This document shows, piece by piece, positions 25,981 through 39,102 of a DNA stretch of 64,000 nt. Position 1 is the first letter of the stretch; each line of letters opens with the position of its first letter. Under the pieces are notes generated by a model, which saw only the letters and a program-made list of their open reading frames with translations, was not told where the DNA came from and made no database searches. The DNA is taken from NCBI GenBank assembly GCA_002189035.1, contig NEEC01000002.1, positions 4,030,001-4,094,000 on the forward strand, written 5' to 3'. Made by a program: the position numbers and the translations under genes. This DNA comes from Utricularia gibba. Taxonomy: Eukaryota > Plantae > Magnoliophyta.

Positions 25981-26197
25981 TGGGCTGATCCAAAATTGAT
26001 CGAAATTTTTATTAGGGTATGTGTCGCGGAGGTTCGTGTGGGAAACAAGTCTAAATTTTTTTTCAATAAAACAGGATAGTCAAATGTCATTATGAATTTT
26101 AATTCTTTATTCGGTAAGAATTTTTCTCAAAAGCACTTGAGGAACAAATGGGATAACCATAAAACCAGTTGGAATGTGTGGGTTAAGTTGACAAAGT
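25981..26197 (+). pseudogene. Harbinger Myb/SANT-like DNA-binding ORF remnant
   Basis: WADPKLIEIFIRVCVAEVRVGNKSKFFFNKTG*SNVIMNFNSLFGKNFSQKHLRNKWDNHKTSWNVWVKLTK fits the Myb_DNA-bind_3 pattern (GW changed to G*). Confidence 0.8.
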
Positions 26198-26262
26198 ATC
26201 TCTTTAAAAATCCATTGAAATGTCTTAATTATCATTTGTATCATTAATGAGATTTTGTTCAT

Positions 26263-27043
26263 TGATGCGACCTTCCAAATAACAAGTATTTGATAAACCA
26301 AATCTTGGATTTCAAATGAATCAATCCTTCATGAAAAGAAGACGCTTGTCCTTAACAAAAGAATATCCTTACAACTCAAATTATGAAAATGGTTTCATAC
26401 TCACAGAACAAGGAAGGAAATAAGAGTAATAAACTGCACTAGACACCACACACAAAATTTGATAAGTTTAAAGTTTTATAAGAATTCAAGGAAGTAGCAT
26501 AGTTCTCAATCAAGAGTGAGGTCTTTCTTATATAGGTAAAGAAATGAGCCTTGTCAAAATAAAAGTACTAGAAATGAACTAAAAAGTAAAGACTCGACTT
26601 TACTCCACTTTGTCCACTTTGAATAGATTGAACTCAATGCTATACTCTTTGTTGATTTGTTTGAAGATCCATAATCCTTTAATAAGTTTTTGATTCATTC
26701 ATACTCCATAGTTTACTAGTAGTACTTTCATTTAAGTAGGCCCATTTCTCTACCTATATAAGAAGGACTCACTCTTGTTTAGGGATAATTTTGATTGTAA
26801 TGACTTTTGAGAGCAATGCTCCTTTGAGTTTTTGTAGAACTTTAAACTTATCAAGTTTTACTTGTGGTGTCTAATGTGGTTTATCACTTCTATTTCTTTC
26901 CTTTTTCTGTGAGTGTGGTACCATTTCCATAGATTGGATTGTAAAGAATTTTGTTCCTTGAGGATTTCTTTTTTTGAAGGATTATTTCATTTGACACCCA
27001 AGATTGGGTTTGCCAAACACTTGTTGTTTGGAGGGTTGTATCA
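26263..27043. mobile_element. Fold-back element: two inverted, diverged LTR-like 3' halves (arms ~26263-26582 and ~26705-27043)
   Basis: TGATGCGACC...GGTTGTATCA. The arms align in inverted orientation at about 80% (15 mismatches in the outer 79 nt, mostly transitions). Each arm carries CCTATATAAG facing outward. No TSD found. Confidence 0.75.
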
Positions 27044-27719
27044 ATTTTCATTGTGTTCATCTTTGGAATCCATGATCTCATTCGTCATCATACTCTTCCA
27101 TATCGGCTAAAAACTCCGCATCATCCATGTTCATGATTCGAATAAAGTTGTGCAAAGCCATTGTGATGATCACAAACCGAAATTGTGTCTTCCAAAATAA
27201 GGGTGAAGGAAAGCTAGTTGCTAGCTTGAATTTCTTCTTCCATATTCCAAATGATCTTTCAATTGAACGTTGAAGTGACAAAAGTTTAAAATTGAATAAC
27301 TCCTTTCATTTCTAAGTGAAGGAGATGAAATTCTGGAAGATGATACCTCTGCCTCCTATATGGTGCTAAAAATCCTTTTCTATTCACATATCCACAGTTT
27401 ATATTAAGTGTCATTTTCTCAGTAGTTATTATATATTATTACATGCTAATTAAGTATTAAGTTGCTCAATTTAGAATTTATATTGATAGGTATTTGATTT
27501 TATTAGACAATTCCTATTTTTGTATTTTATACATATTTTATTGTTTTTTTTCGTGCACTTTCACCCAAAATGTTACAGGAGTCTTGGAGTGTTGCAGGAG
27601 ACTTACAGGAGACTAGACACTAATATTTTGTGCCTTTCACACGACTTGCAGGAAATTGGCACTAGCCAGAACCCCTGAATTACGGCATGTTAGAGTCTGT
27701 AGCAATGATTGGGTGCTTA

Positions 27720-29090
27720 TGTTCCATGAATTTTATAATATAAAAATAGTTATATTTTATTATGATTTAGGTTAGATAAATGTGGTTTTCTTATGTTTAT
27801 GTGTGTTTAAATTAATTTTGTATGTTTGTGTTAAAAAGTGGAATAAATCTTTTGATTTAGTCCACAACCTTTGTTACTAATATTTCAGTAAGTTCAGCAG
27901 GGAGATCAGTTGAGAATCAGACTTGCAAACGTATGCAATAAGTGAAAAAGGGCACAAATTCCGGAGACGGACAAAGAGCACTGTTCTGCCGCCACTTGCA
28001 GTCTACAAGTTCAGGTCAGGAACAGTGGTGGCGGCAGGGAACAGTGCGATGGAGTGGAGAGGGGATAATTTATTTCAAAAATGAGAGAGAGGGGGTGAAC
28101 ACAGAACGAACGCAAGGGGCTTCTTCCCCAACGTGAAAAATACCAACCAGAAGGGGAGAAGAAGACCTTCATTGCCAAGAGCACCACCGGAGCCCAGTCC
28201 AGTGCTACTGTTCCGGGCTGTGAACAGTAGCAACCGGGCAATAGAACAATCTTTATTTGCTTTCCGTTTTCTGAACATTTCGAGTTTCTGCATTTGACTT
28301 GTTTACAATGTTTCCGCTATTTTGGCCAACCTATATGAATGAAATCGTGTTTTATTTCCCAAGCATGAGTGGCTAAAGTCTTAGGGATGCCTTAAGGTGA
28401 AGTGGGGTGGTGTGTGCTTAGGTTTGATGATGAAATTTATGTGTATTCCTTAACTCTTGTTTCTAACAAACCATGGGTAGACCTAAGGAGGGAAACAAAT
28501 AGTTTCACAACTTAGATGCTTGGTTTAGAGGTAGACCAACAAACCAAGACAAGAGCAATCGGTGTTAGTCTAGGGTAGAACTAGTAGAACTGGGTAGACT
28601 TAGTTCTATATGCTTTGCATGCGGGTAGACCTAATTACAATGTTGGTTATGATATTGGGGACTAGCTTAGCCAAAAATATGATGAATGACCTGGGTACAC
28701 TCAGGTTATTTGAAGTTGTAAGTGTAGAAAGATAATAAATTGAGTTAGGAACTTTAGCATAACATCATCTAAAGATCCTTAAAGCATCTTCATAGTAGTC
28801 TAAGTTAGAACCAATACCTGTCACCTTTAGCATTGAGACTGGATATTCCTTACCTACCTTGTTTACTGAACTTGTTTATCACTGTTAGTCCGAGCTTAGA
28901 CTAAGACCTACTGTTATCCGAAATTATGCATGTACCAAAACATTTAGCAAGCACAAGCTCTTCGTGATCGACCCTGATATCCACTATACAAGTTTTCTAA
29001 ATTTGTATTTTGTGTAGATTAGGGATTATAAATTTATTTAATAACGAAATTTCTATTTTTGCAACGACATTAGAAAATTTTTGTTTATCA
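27720..29090 (+). mobile_element. Solo LTR (Gypsy-type; family C), 1371 bp, nested in LTR-D
   Basis: TGTTCC...TTTATCA with perfect TSD GCTTA (27715-27719 and 29091-29095). Homologous to 32919-34322. Confidence 0.88.
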
Positions 29091-29400
29091 GCTTACTTGC
29101 ACACATGAGAAAACTGGTGGCGCACGCCACACAGAAGGAATGATGGAAAGAGAGCAGAAGAAATGAATGCACATGGGGAATGAATTAAAACCAACTTGGA
29201 ACACTATCTTTCGAACTTTTCTTTTCGCAAATAGTTTTCACACTTAGAATTTTTGGTTCTTCCTCTCCCCCAAGGGAGAAAGAACATTTTAGCTTTCCAT
29301 TTTTAGTTTTCCTTTTTCATGGCCATTCGTGGCTAAACCTTTTTAGTTTCGGGGAATAGATGAAGTTTCCTTCTAAGTCTTGAGCATTAATCTCAGTTAT

Positions 29401-30348
29401 TGATAAATGAAAAATTTACACGTCGTAAATGTAAATCTTCCTATCAAATAAATTTATATCCTAATACACGCTCAAGCATAAAACAATTATGAGCATAGTG
29501 ATTAGGGTCGAACACGAAGAGTAGATGCTTGCTATGTGAAGGTTAATGCATGAAATCAGTGTCACGTTGCTAAAATTGGTCTTAGCTAGGACTAAGGCAG
29601 TACTAAAACGAAATACAGTAAAGAAAAGTAACAAGTTCTGGAGCTCGGTTGTTTCTGGAATGGAATGGATGATGCCTTGGGACTTCTAGGGGATGTATGC
29701 TCATCAATAAACAAGCTCACACAAACCATAAATCATAAAACTAACTCACAAGATCTAGGTCTACCCGGATTCTTGTTTTTCCCCCTAATCTTTGGTCTAC
29801 CTCTAACTAGGGTTGTTAAGTTGGGTTTCACTATTTCCCCCTCCTTGATCTATCCTGATTTGTTAAGGAAGTAACGTGACTTATAGTTTATTAAGTCTAA
29901 GGATGGATTAGCATATTTCTCCCTTTTTCACCCCAAGGCACCCCCTAAGTGCTTAACCACTCATGCTTAAGACAAATGAAAATAGAAGAGAAAACATCAT
30001 CCACAATGTATTCATGTCTCAGTCGACTACTAGAAAATAAACAAGCAGGAAACTGAAATATTCGACAAAAAGCTAGAAAACGTCGCTAGCTAATCTTAGG
30101 TAGGAGTAATAATCCTTGGAAAACAAAAAATAATCTTCAAACATGAGCTTAGTTCCTGTTCATCTTCATCCTTCTTCCTCCCTAGAAAACCTTCTCCAGA
30201 AAGTTGTTCGTGAGTCTCCAAGGGGAGATCTGTCTTCTCTCTCATCTTCACTCCCTTTTTGTTCAAAATCTCACTTTTTCACCTCCTTGGACTTTGTGTG
30301 TACTCTTTTTCAGACTTCTACCACCTTCTATGCCACCAACTATTCATA
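29401..30348 (-). mobile_element. Truncated family-A LTR nested in LTR-D
   Basis: Starts TGATAAATG and is colinear with 13514-14450. The right ~180 bp are missing; no TSD. Confidence 0.88.
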
Positions 30349-32879
30349 ACGAATTAGTGAAAGCCGAGGTGAGGATAGACAAAAGGAGGAAACAGAATTG
30401 AATTCTCAAGAACTACGTCTCTTAGTCAATGTCCATTACTTGTATTGTATCTTTTATTTCTGCCCTACAAAAACCCTCTTTTATAAACTCGTGATGATTT
30501 ATAAAAGTTTTCTAGAAAACACTTTTCGCAAAAAGCAACTCCATGAGATCGACACTCGTATTACGCTTTATTGCGTTTTATGTTTTCTTAAATTAAAATT
30601 TGTTGAGGAAATGACACGTAACAGTCTATAAGATAGTATTTCCTACATATAGATATTAGAATCATTACTCTTTGAACTATTATAAGCATTAATCACTTCA
30701 CCTTGTGGTGGCATTTTAATCTAGATTGTGAATCATAAATCACAGCATGAAGCACACATGAATCATCGACTGCACCCTCCCAAACGGCAGCAATAAAGGT
30801 GAAACAAAGATTAAAATCATACGTAGCCATGATGTTTTGAGTTCGTTATCCTTTCCTCTAGATAAATGGAATTTATCTTTCAGGTGGAATAGTAGCATCA
30901 ACATGAGTGCTATCTATTGCCCCTAAGCAATCCTATCCAAATTATCCCCAAAAATTAGACTAGCATATAACAACATAGATTGTTTAGGATTTTAGTAGAT
31001 AAGCTGAAAATATCGAGCATAACGATCATCATTTTGAATTTCTAGAGGAGTCATATTATGAGGTCAAAAAAAAAAAGAAATTCAATTCTTAGACAGCTTC
31101 AAACAAACTTTAGCAACTGAACATATTGATCTATTAATTGTCCATGCTATATAATAGAAAAGGCATCATTTATCTACAAAATAGTTACTAAAAACACTTC
31201 AGAGCATACTAAATAAATATTATACTTGAATGCTGATATTCCTTGGCAAGGTGAAGTTCATTAATTGCTTGACCAACACATTGAAGTAAATGGACAACTT
31301 GTTCCATGATTGAAAGAATACCAATAGGTTTCAACCCATAAGAACCACTCAACAACTCACAAATTTGGTAAAAAACAAGAGTTTTCATCCCAACTTATTA
31401 TAGCATTTTATTGGATTTCCATTTGACAAATCTTTTAACATTTCAGCTCCTGAATAGTATTTGATTCTTGTAATATTGAGCAATTGATGATGAAACACTC
31501 GTGACAATTTTTTTCTAGATCTTTTCATCTCCGTGATGAATTATTTTTTTTGTTCTCAGAATCGTACGGAGTGATGAAGTGTGATCCAATTTCTTCAATC
31601 ATTCCCCTAAGCTTACTGAAAATTGACCCAACAAATAAAAAGAAATGGTTTTTGAAAATGGTTTGTAGCATTGAAAGTGTCAAGATAGTTTTCAATTCAA
31701 GCAAGGTTAGATTCATTGTGTAAATGTGGAAAGCTCAATTGATGCCCCAATTGGAAAACCTAAGAAAGAAGATGGTCAAGCGCAACAGTGTTTCATTTTT
31801 TTAATAAATACTTTAAAATATAAGAAGTTTAACATAATAATTAAAATAAAAAGTTACTTTTATAGAGCTGATTTTACAAAACAGATTTTAGTTCCTTCAG
31901 AATTGGAGTATATTTTGCAAACACTTTTTGCTCCCAAAAAAATGCTTCTTAAAAAGCATCTTTTAGAAGTAATTTAAATGAATCATTTTCAAATGGACCT
32001 CTAATCATCATACAAAAAGTACACACAAATGGTGATCTCTTAATTCTACATTGATAACAAATGTTCTCCATGGTAAGTGGTTGAAAATAACTTGTTAGAA
32101 AATATGTGTGAATTAGGAAATTTGCATATAAAATAAATTTAGTTTGAACACAAGAAATTGATGCTTGTAATATGTTAAATCATGCATTTCCACGTTTCAA
32201 ATTTAGTTTTATTTCCTTGCTAATAATTATGGAGCAGATAACATACATGCCAAATCTTACTTATAATGTTCGAGTGAGCCCTACTTGACGAGGGCAAATA
32301 GAATGAAATGCAACACAATAATTGATAAGAAAGATCCTTGAGGAAGACCTACTCTGTAGGTGTTAAAGGTGGCAAAAAGGCAATAAGTTTATTAGGTCAT
32401 AAGCCTTTTAGACCCTCAAGTAAAGATTCATAGAGGACAAAGCTCAACTGACATCTATAAGTCTTATTCAAGGATGGTTATTAGCTTTGTGGAGGATATG
32501 GATAGAAAGGGTTGTGATAGGGGAATGTTCTTCTAATCCAATATCTTTTGGGCCGATATGTAAGAAAGAAAGGAGAAGAATACAAGGAATCGATTTTTGG
32601 AAAAAGAGAGGAACTCTCTGTTAAGGTAAATGTATTCTCTAGAGCTCTCATAACTCTCCCATAAGAACTTTTGTTCATCCTCTTCATTTACTCTTAGTGG
32701 AATCTTTTACTAGTATGCAATCACCTTTTGCTTTTCTTGTTTTTGAGTTACCAAACTATTTGCCTCATTTATTCCTTTTCTCAAAATCCTTAAGCCATCT
32801 AATGTTGTGAGAAAGTACCAAAAAATAATGAATAATGACTAACCATTTACTTTCATCATGGAATTTGCATTAGCTTTCT

Positions 32880-34870
32880 TGAGAAAACTGCCTAATTTAT
32901 GGTTAAAACTAGGATCATTGATAAACAGAAATTCCTAATGTCGTTGCAAAAATAGAAAATTCATTATCAAATAAATTTATAGTCCCTAATCCTCACAAAA
33001 TACATATTAAACTGAAAATGCACAGTGGAATTCGGGGTCGATCACAAGGAGCTTGTGCTTGTCTTGTATTTCAGCAAATGCAGAATTCAAAGTAGGTAAG
33101 TCTTAGTCTAAGCTCGGACCAACAGTGGTAAACAAGTTTGGTAAACAAGATCGGTAAGCAATATAAGGTCTTAACGCTAAAGTAACAGGTACTGGTTTTG
33201 TCTCAGAATAATACTAACGTGGCTTAAGGATCTACAGGTGGTGTGGTACCAAAATTCTTAATTTAATCTACCATGTTCCTATACTCACAACTTCAAATAA
33301 CCTAAGTCTACCCAGGTCATTCACAATATTTTCGGCTAAGTTAGTCCTTCATATCATCACCAACCTTACAATTAGGTCTACCCGCATGCAAAACATATAG
33401 AACTGGGTCTACTCGGTTCTACTGGTTCTACCCCGGACTAACACCTACTGCTTCTGTCTTGATTTGTTGGTCTACCTCTAAATCAAGCATCTAAGTTGTA
33501 AAGCTACTTGTTCCCCTCCTTAGGTCTACCCATGGTTTGATAGAAACAAGAGCTAAGAAACTAAGGTCAATTTTACTAAGACTCCTACACCCACACCACC
33601 ATGCTTCACCTTAAGGCACTCCTAGGGTTTAGCTACTCATGCTTTGAAGGTAAAATGTAATGGCATTAACATAAAATGACGAAAATGTTGAGAACATTGT
33701 GCAGAAGTTTAGTGTAGAAGCTAAGAACATAAGCAAACGAAAATAAGGCAGTAAAGTTTCTAGATTCCGTCTGCCATTGTTCACAGGCCGGAACAGTGGT
33801 GCTGAACTGGGTCTTGATCTTCTTCCTTCAAGCTGGAGGTTCTTCTCTAGAAAAATCGCCTTTCTTCCTCCTTCTTCTTCGTGTTTCAGTTGGGGTGGGG
33901 GAGAAACCCCCTCGTGTGTTTGCCCCCTCTGGAAATTCCGGGGTCATCTCCCTTTTTTTGCGATTCTCTCTCTTCAGCTTTCTCTTGCCTCCCACTTCCC
34001 AAGGCAAGTACATTCTCTGACAGATCTGCTGCTTAAGACCCTGACTTGCAGACTGTCGCCGTGACAGTATACTCATTGCCCCCTACACCCTGGTGACTTG
34101 CACGAAATCCAGATTTTTCCTTGATTCTTGGGCTGCTGCTAGACTCCAAAATTGGGTTAGACATGGGGTGGGCTAAATCAAAGGATTTAGCCCACTAATC
34201 ACACCAAAAATCATATTTTCCCTAATCAAATAAAAATACTTAAAACTATAAAATTAACACTTAAACATAATTAAAATCTATGATTTTTCTTATCTTAAAA
34301 CATGAAAATTTGTGTGTTATCAATCATCAACTTGTTTCCGAAGTTTTATGGAAATCCATAGAAGATACACATCAATGCTTAGATGAATGGATATCATTGA
34401 GTGCTGCTATGAGACCTGAGAAAATTACAAAAGATAGCATGCTCTTGAGAATTTTTCAATTCACATTAGAAGGCGATATACGAGGATGGTTCGACACTCT
34501 CAAAGATTGAAGAATAGGAAGTTGGACAAGAAAGTCTTTTTGAGCAAATATTTTCTATTCGCCAAGACTTAAGAGTTGAGAAAAAGGATTATGGATATTT
34601 ATCAATGTAGATCCACTTCATGAATATTTGGATAAATTCAATATGCTGCTTGAAAGGTGCCCATATCAGGGATATGAGAAGCACAATTTGATTGAATTAT
34701 TTATGGAAGGATTAGTACCATCTATGAGGGCTCAATTGTATGCTATCGTTGGAGGAAACATAAGGACAATCACTTTCACCCGGATATGGATAAATATTAA
34801 GCAAATATTGGAGCATTCCCAGAATTGGTATTCTAGGAAAAGCATTTACAATCAAATGAGTTTAATTTGA
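32880..34870 (+). mobile_element. Athila-like Gypsy gag remnant interrupted by a solo LTR
   Basis: Across the LTR it reads LKLG..INLFPKFYGN, then EDTHQCLDEW...DSMLLRIFQFTLEGDIRGWFDTL and DKFNMLLERCPYQG...LIELFMEGL (Retrotrans_gag pattern), with frameshifts. Confidence 0.78.
32919..34322 (-). mobile_element. Solo LTR (family C), 1404 bp
   Basis: TGATAA...TTATCA with perfect TSD ATCAT (32914-32918 and 34323-34327). Confidence 0.92.
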
Positions 34871-37604
34871 AAGAATTTCAACATTTTTTGAGAGGATGAA
34901 CCAAGGTGGAAATGCATACAAGAGTGGAGATCAAGGTTTTTAAAACCCAAGTGAGATGGATAAAAAGGTAAGTGATTTGGAAAATCTGGATAAATTGAGT
35001 GACAAGACAAGTGATACCCTCTCACTGCATTTCTATGATGCTATTCTTTGATGGTGACATTTATGCTTTCCGAAGGGGAAAAGCGATCACTCGTAATTCA
35101 AGTAGCACTATCCATTGGTGAGAAGGTGCACACTACATGAGGATCCGATGGGAAGTTTATCATGTGCTATTGGACAAAAAGGTATAGTAATACCTCCACT
35201 AATCATTGTCAGCTAAGCTACAAGTGTCTCACAAGCTCTCTTAGTCATCATCTTTCTGGGGTAGATTCTCTCTTTCTCATGATGTAGAGAAGCCACATGA
35301 GTCTCCTTTTTTGGGGGTGATTAAAAAGGACAAGTTTCACTTTACAATAATTTTTAGGTTGCAAGTGATTACATGCAACTTTACTAGTTTATGAGTTTCA
35401 ATCTTCCAAGCTAAGCAACAATGTGGTTTCCATCATGGTGAAAGGTAGTTGGGTCATTACCCTCACTTTTATTATTTAGGGAAACTCGAAGGTTCTAGAG
35501 TCTTTCTCATCCCTTTCTTAATATGAGTATTTCATCCTCTTAAGAAAAGCTTGTCTAGAGTTTTCAAAAAAAGTAGGATATTGTATTTTTTCCTCATATT
35601 TAAGGGTACTAAGACCACTGCCCTCCCATGTTCAGCAACTCCAAGGCTTCAATAATGGAAAGATATTGGGTTATTACCCTCACCCTTAAGGGTACTAAGC
35701 CCTTTGACCTTCCATGGTGAGTAGTGGTGGAGCTTTTCGTACCTTTTGAAGGTTGTCAGTCAATCTTGTCCAACCTTAGTTAGTGGTAAGTGCTATGAGT
35801 TTTGGAAATATTCTACTCATCTTTAGAGAATGCCCATAAAATTAAACGTGCCAATGATTTTGAAACATGAAAAATGAGAAGACGAAGTGTTAACTAAAAA
35901 AAAGATGAAAATTGGGGTGTTTTCATGGTAGAAAAATGGGCTTTTCACTAAATGAAATGGACCAATAAATTCTTGAGTCTAACCAAGGTCACATAGTCAA
36001 ATGTGTTGCTCTTGGGTTTCTCGTGCTTTTCTCTAGCACTTGTTTTCCCCAAATCCCACAAGTGATAGGATTTTCCCATTCCATTTAATTGTGAGATATA
36101 AATTTTCTAAAGCTGATTAGTATATATATATTAGAGAAAAGTGGTCGTTGTCTCCTTGAAAGGGGTGCAAGGATGACAATTGTGGCTTCTTCTCGGTGTT
36201 TTAGAGATCTAAGACATTATCGAAGACCTTATCAAGTGCTATGTTACTCTATTCTACTATTATTATGATACATGAGTTACCCACCTTTTGTAGGGTAACT
36301 AATCGTTATCATATGGTCTCATCCTAGTGACCCCAATCCTTTGTTATTAAGTTCTAATGACCCCTCTCCCATCGGGGTTTAGATGGGTTCCATTATGGTA
36401 CTTATATGCCTCATCATTCCCCTGCAACAATGAGCCTTTTATTGCCACTAGCATGGTTGCTTCCATAATGTTGTGTAGCTTTTCAAGTGATTATCCTTAA
36501 TCTTTTGTAAGTACTATTCACTTCAGCCTCCTAAGAAATGCAACATTGAATGTTACATGGTTTAAGGATTTGTTGCTATTTTTATTGAGATTTCCATTAC
36601 ATTAAGTGATGTGAGGTATTTGATGGAAACAAAAAAGAAAACCAATATTTGTAATTCAAAAATAATGAAAATAAGGGGTTTTCTTTGCCTTCGTTGGGTG
36701 CTCATTTTTTGGAAAAAAGTTTATCATTGTTTCCTCTCTTCGTTTGGTATTTGTACTTGCATAAAAATGAGTGACGAGATGAGACTTCCCTTTTTTGCCG
36801 CACATTTCAATCCATATCTCTGATAGATTCACCCATTCTATGGGAGTTCATGACTCTCAATAGACATTGTTAGAACATGACTATAGGTAGAACCAAGATC
36901 CGATGAGATAGAGGTTGAAAGAATGTACACACAATTGAGTTACTTTCCAATCTTGTCACTTATTTCTTTGACCCATTAGGTGATATAGAGTGTCCTTGCA
37001 TTTTTTATGTAAGACCCCTAGTGTGTCCAATCCAATCCCTCAGGCTTTGACCATGCTGTTTCATTGCTTCAAGTTGGAAAAACATGCTTTCCTTTCTCGT
37101 AAAAATGAAGTTGAATTATGATGGAGATTATTGAGTCATTATCTTCACCTTTATGTTGTTAATATAAGACAGAACATACCATAATCGAATTAAATATACC
37201 TAGTTTCTTTACCACCCCTAGTGGGAATTTAGTAAGTTCAATAATACAAATATACAAGGTGGGGAACACAACTGCAGCCAAAGAATAGCAAGTTTCAATA
37301 GCATAAACATCATTCAAGCATTCATTCAAGATGTAGGAAAGGAGCATTGCCAAAACTCCTTAGGTAGTTCCATCAAGTTGATTTGCCCACAATAGGGGAG
37401 CTCCTAGGTTGCCTCAGCATCATCAATAGGAAGTTCATCAATCAATTGTGCATTTCTTCACTAGTGAGATCACTAATCTAACCACTCTCTTTGATAGTAT
37501 CTTCTCAAAGCCTCTTTCCCTTATGGATGCATTCTACATTGGGGCATTAGAGTTGTTCAATACTCATTCTTTCCTTTGTTCCCTTTGATGCTCTTTTGGC
37601 ATCC

Positions 37605-39102
37605 TGTTGGGTTTCTCGTAGACATCGTATGTCACAAAAGCATCGGAATTTAAAAATTTTGAGAAACCCCCAACGCAGATCTTGGAATATGGTATACATC
37701 AAACTGAGGAATGATGAAAATACCTTTCAGAGGACTCTGTTGTTCACCAACCACTAACAGTAGATGACCTCTATGGTATCCACACGTGGAGCACTCGTCG
37801 ATTACCTTTTCAAGGCTGTAGAATGCTGGTTGATCTTCTCAGGTGCTAGTAGAGAAAATCACCCCCTTGTGGATCAATCTCAGAGAGCACGAAGATGTTG
37901 GAAGCAGATCTGTAGATCTAAATCTTTTGATAGATATTTGCTGAAATATCAAATAGAATCTCCGAAAAGATCTTATCTTGTGGAGATATGTATATGTTCC
38001 AAATATTATCTATACAAGATCTTTTATTTTGAACTTAATCAATATTAATCTCAAAATAACTCTCTGTTTAATTTATCCACTTTACCAATTACATCTCATG
38101 TAATTGTGTCATTCAATTTTATATAGATGAGTGACTCCACTATTGTGTGTGACCCTATAGGCTTCTTCAATCAAGGTCGTAATAATGGATTTATTAATTA
38201 ACTCTTAATTAATCAAATCCATCATTATCGATCATGAGTGATGTCTAGCAACATATCATGATCCCCAAGATTAAAGAATAATCAGGTGAATTGATTAAGT
38301 CTTTCCATGACTAGCCACCATGCAATGAATAGCTTCCATCATACTTATATCTCATTCGATACCAAAACATGGGTGTGTGTCTTTCTGATGTATCGAACTT
38401 ATAATTGCATTCAAGCACTAACACTCAATGACCTACTCAAACAATTCGAGTGTCATTACCCCGGGCCCAGGACTTACTGTTAGGCTTTGATGCAATTACT
38501 TGAGATAAGATCTCATTGCTAACATGAGTGATGAATCCTTTATTGATCAATCAACTATCTTCAACCTTAAGGAGCCAAATCCCTTCTCATCTATATTAGA
38601 CAAGCCATGGTTAGACTCCTATTAGTAATTAGCGAAAATGTGAGCTTAAGATCAAGATAACTTTATTGAAATCAAGTCTAAGCTTAGTTGCACGATTGTC
38701 ATATTCGAGATCTTACTACTGACACTTGGTTAGCTTCCCATAGTAACATCTCGAATGAGTCATCCAGTGAATCGATTCTCTAATCGACACCCACACATAG
38801 GTTCTAGTAATCTCATTATGTCAATTATGAGAACCATTGCCTAAACAGTTTTGGGAACTCAATGTGTGCCAGCTTATCCGTATTTATGATATCCTAATTT
38901 CACAAATACTCTAGCCAGGGAGTTTTTTACTTGAGCATAAATGCTTGAAGAATCTCACATTATGATCTCATCATATTTTCTATAGCACATAGATCAAGTA
39001 GAGGATGTTATCAATGATGTAAACTTGATCACAATTCAAAGTAAACATCGAAAGATAAGATTTGCTAATGAGTTGATTGTCTCTAGAACACATAAACCAA
39101 CA
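37605..39102 (-). mobile_element. Complete Angela-like Copia LTR, inverted orientation, no TSD
   Basis: Reverse complement of 46075-47579 end to end (TGTTGGGTTT...AAACCAACA). Flanks CATCC and CAAGG do not match. Confidence 0.9.

Larger units (their letters stand above)
27402..30623 (+). mobile_element. Solo LTR (family D) carrying two nested LTR insertions; host LTR pieces 27402-27719, 29096-29400 and ~30349-30623
   Basis: The pieces are colinear with the inverted copy at 42880-44207. Termini T(A)TTAAGTGTC...ACGTAACA. TSD GTTTA/GTCTA has one mismatch; removing the element restores the transposase frame. Confidence 0.85.
27078..31716 (-). pseudogene. Harbinger DDE transposase remnant, split into 31716-30624 and 27401-27078 by a nested LTR stack
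   Basis: MKTLVFYQICELL...EQVVHLLQCVG...YQHS, LGAIDSTHV, TQNIMATYDF, AVWEGAVDDS, GKYYLID|CGYVNRKGFLAPYRRQRYHLPEF, SIERSFGIWKKKF, ALHNFIR. Confidence 0.88.
25950..32001. mobile_element. Decayed PIF/Harbinger DNA transposon with nested insertions
   Basis: Convergent Myb/SANT gene (+) and DDE transposase (-). Right TIR-like sequence CAAATGGACCTC (31990-32001) is followed by TAA (32002-32004), the PIF target site. Left TIR not found, so the left boundary is approximate. Confidence 0.82.

Noticed and set aside
27397-29095. First reading of 27402-29090 as one solo LTR with TSD GTTTA/GCTTA
   Set aside because: Alignment with 42880-44207 shows GCTTA pairs with 27715-27719 (inner LTR) and GTTTA pairs with GTCTA at 30624-30628 (outer LTR).
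34900-37600. Coding-like decayed sequence after the Athila gag (similar stretches at 14640-15500, 17030-17520, 39100-40200 and 44210-45500)
   Set aside because: Probably old TE debris, but no motif was clear enough to name a family or to support a host gene.
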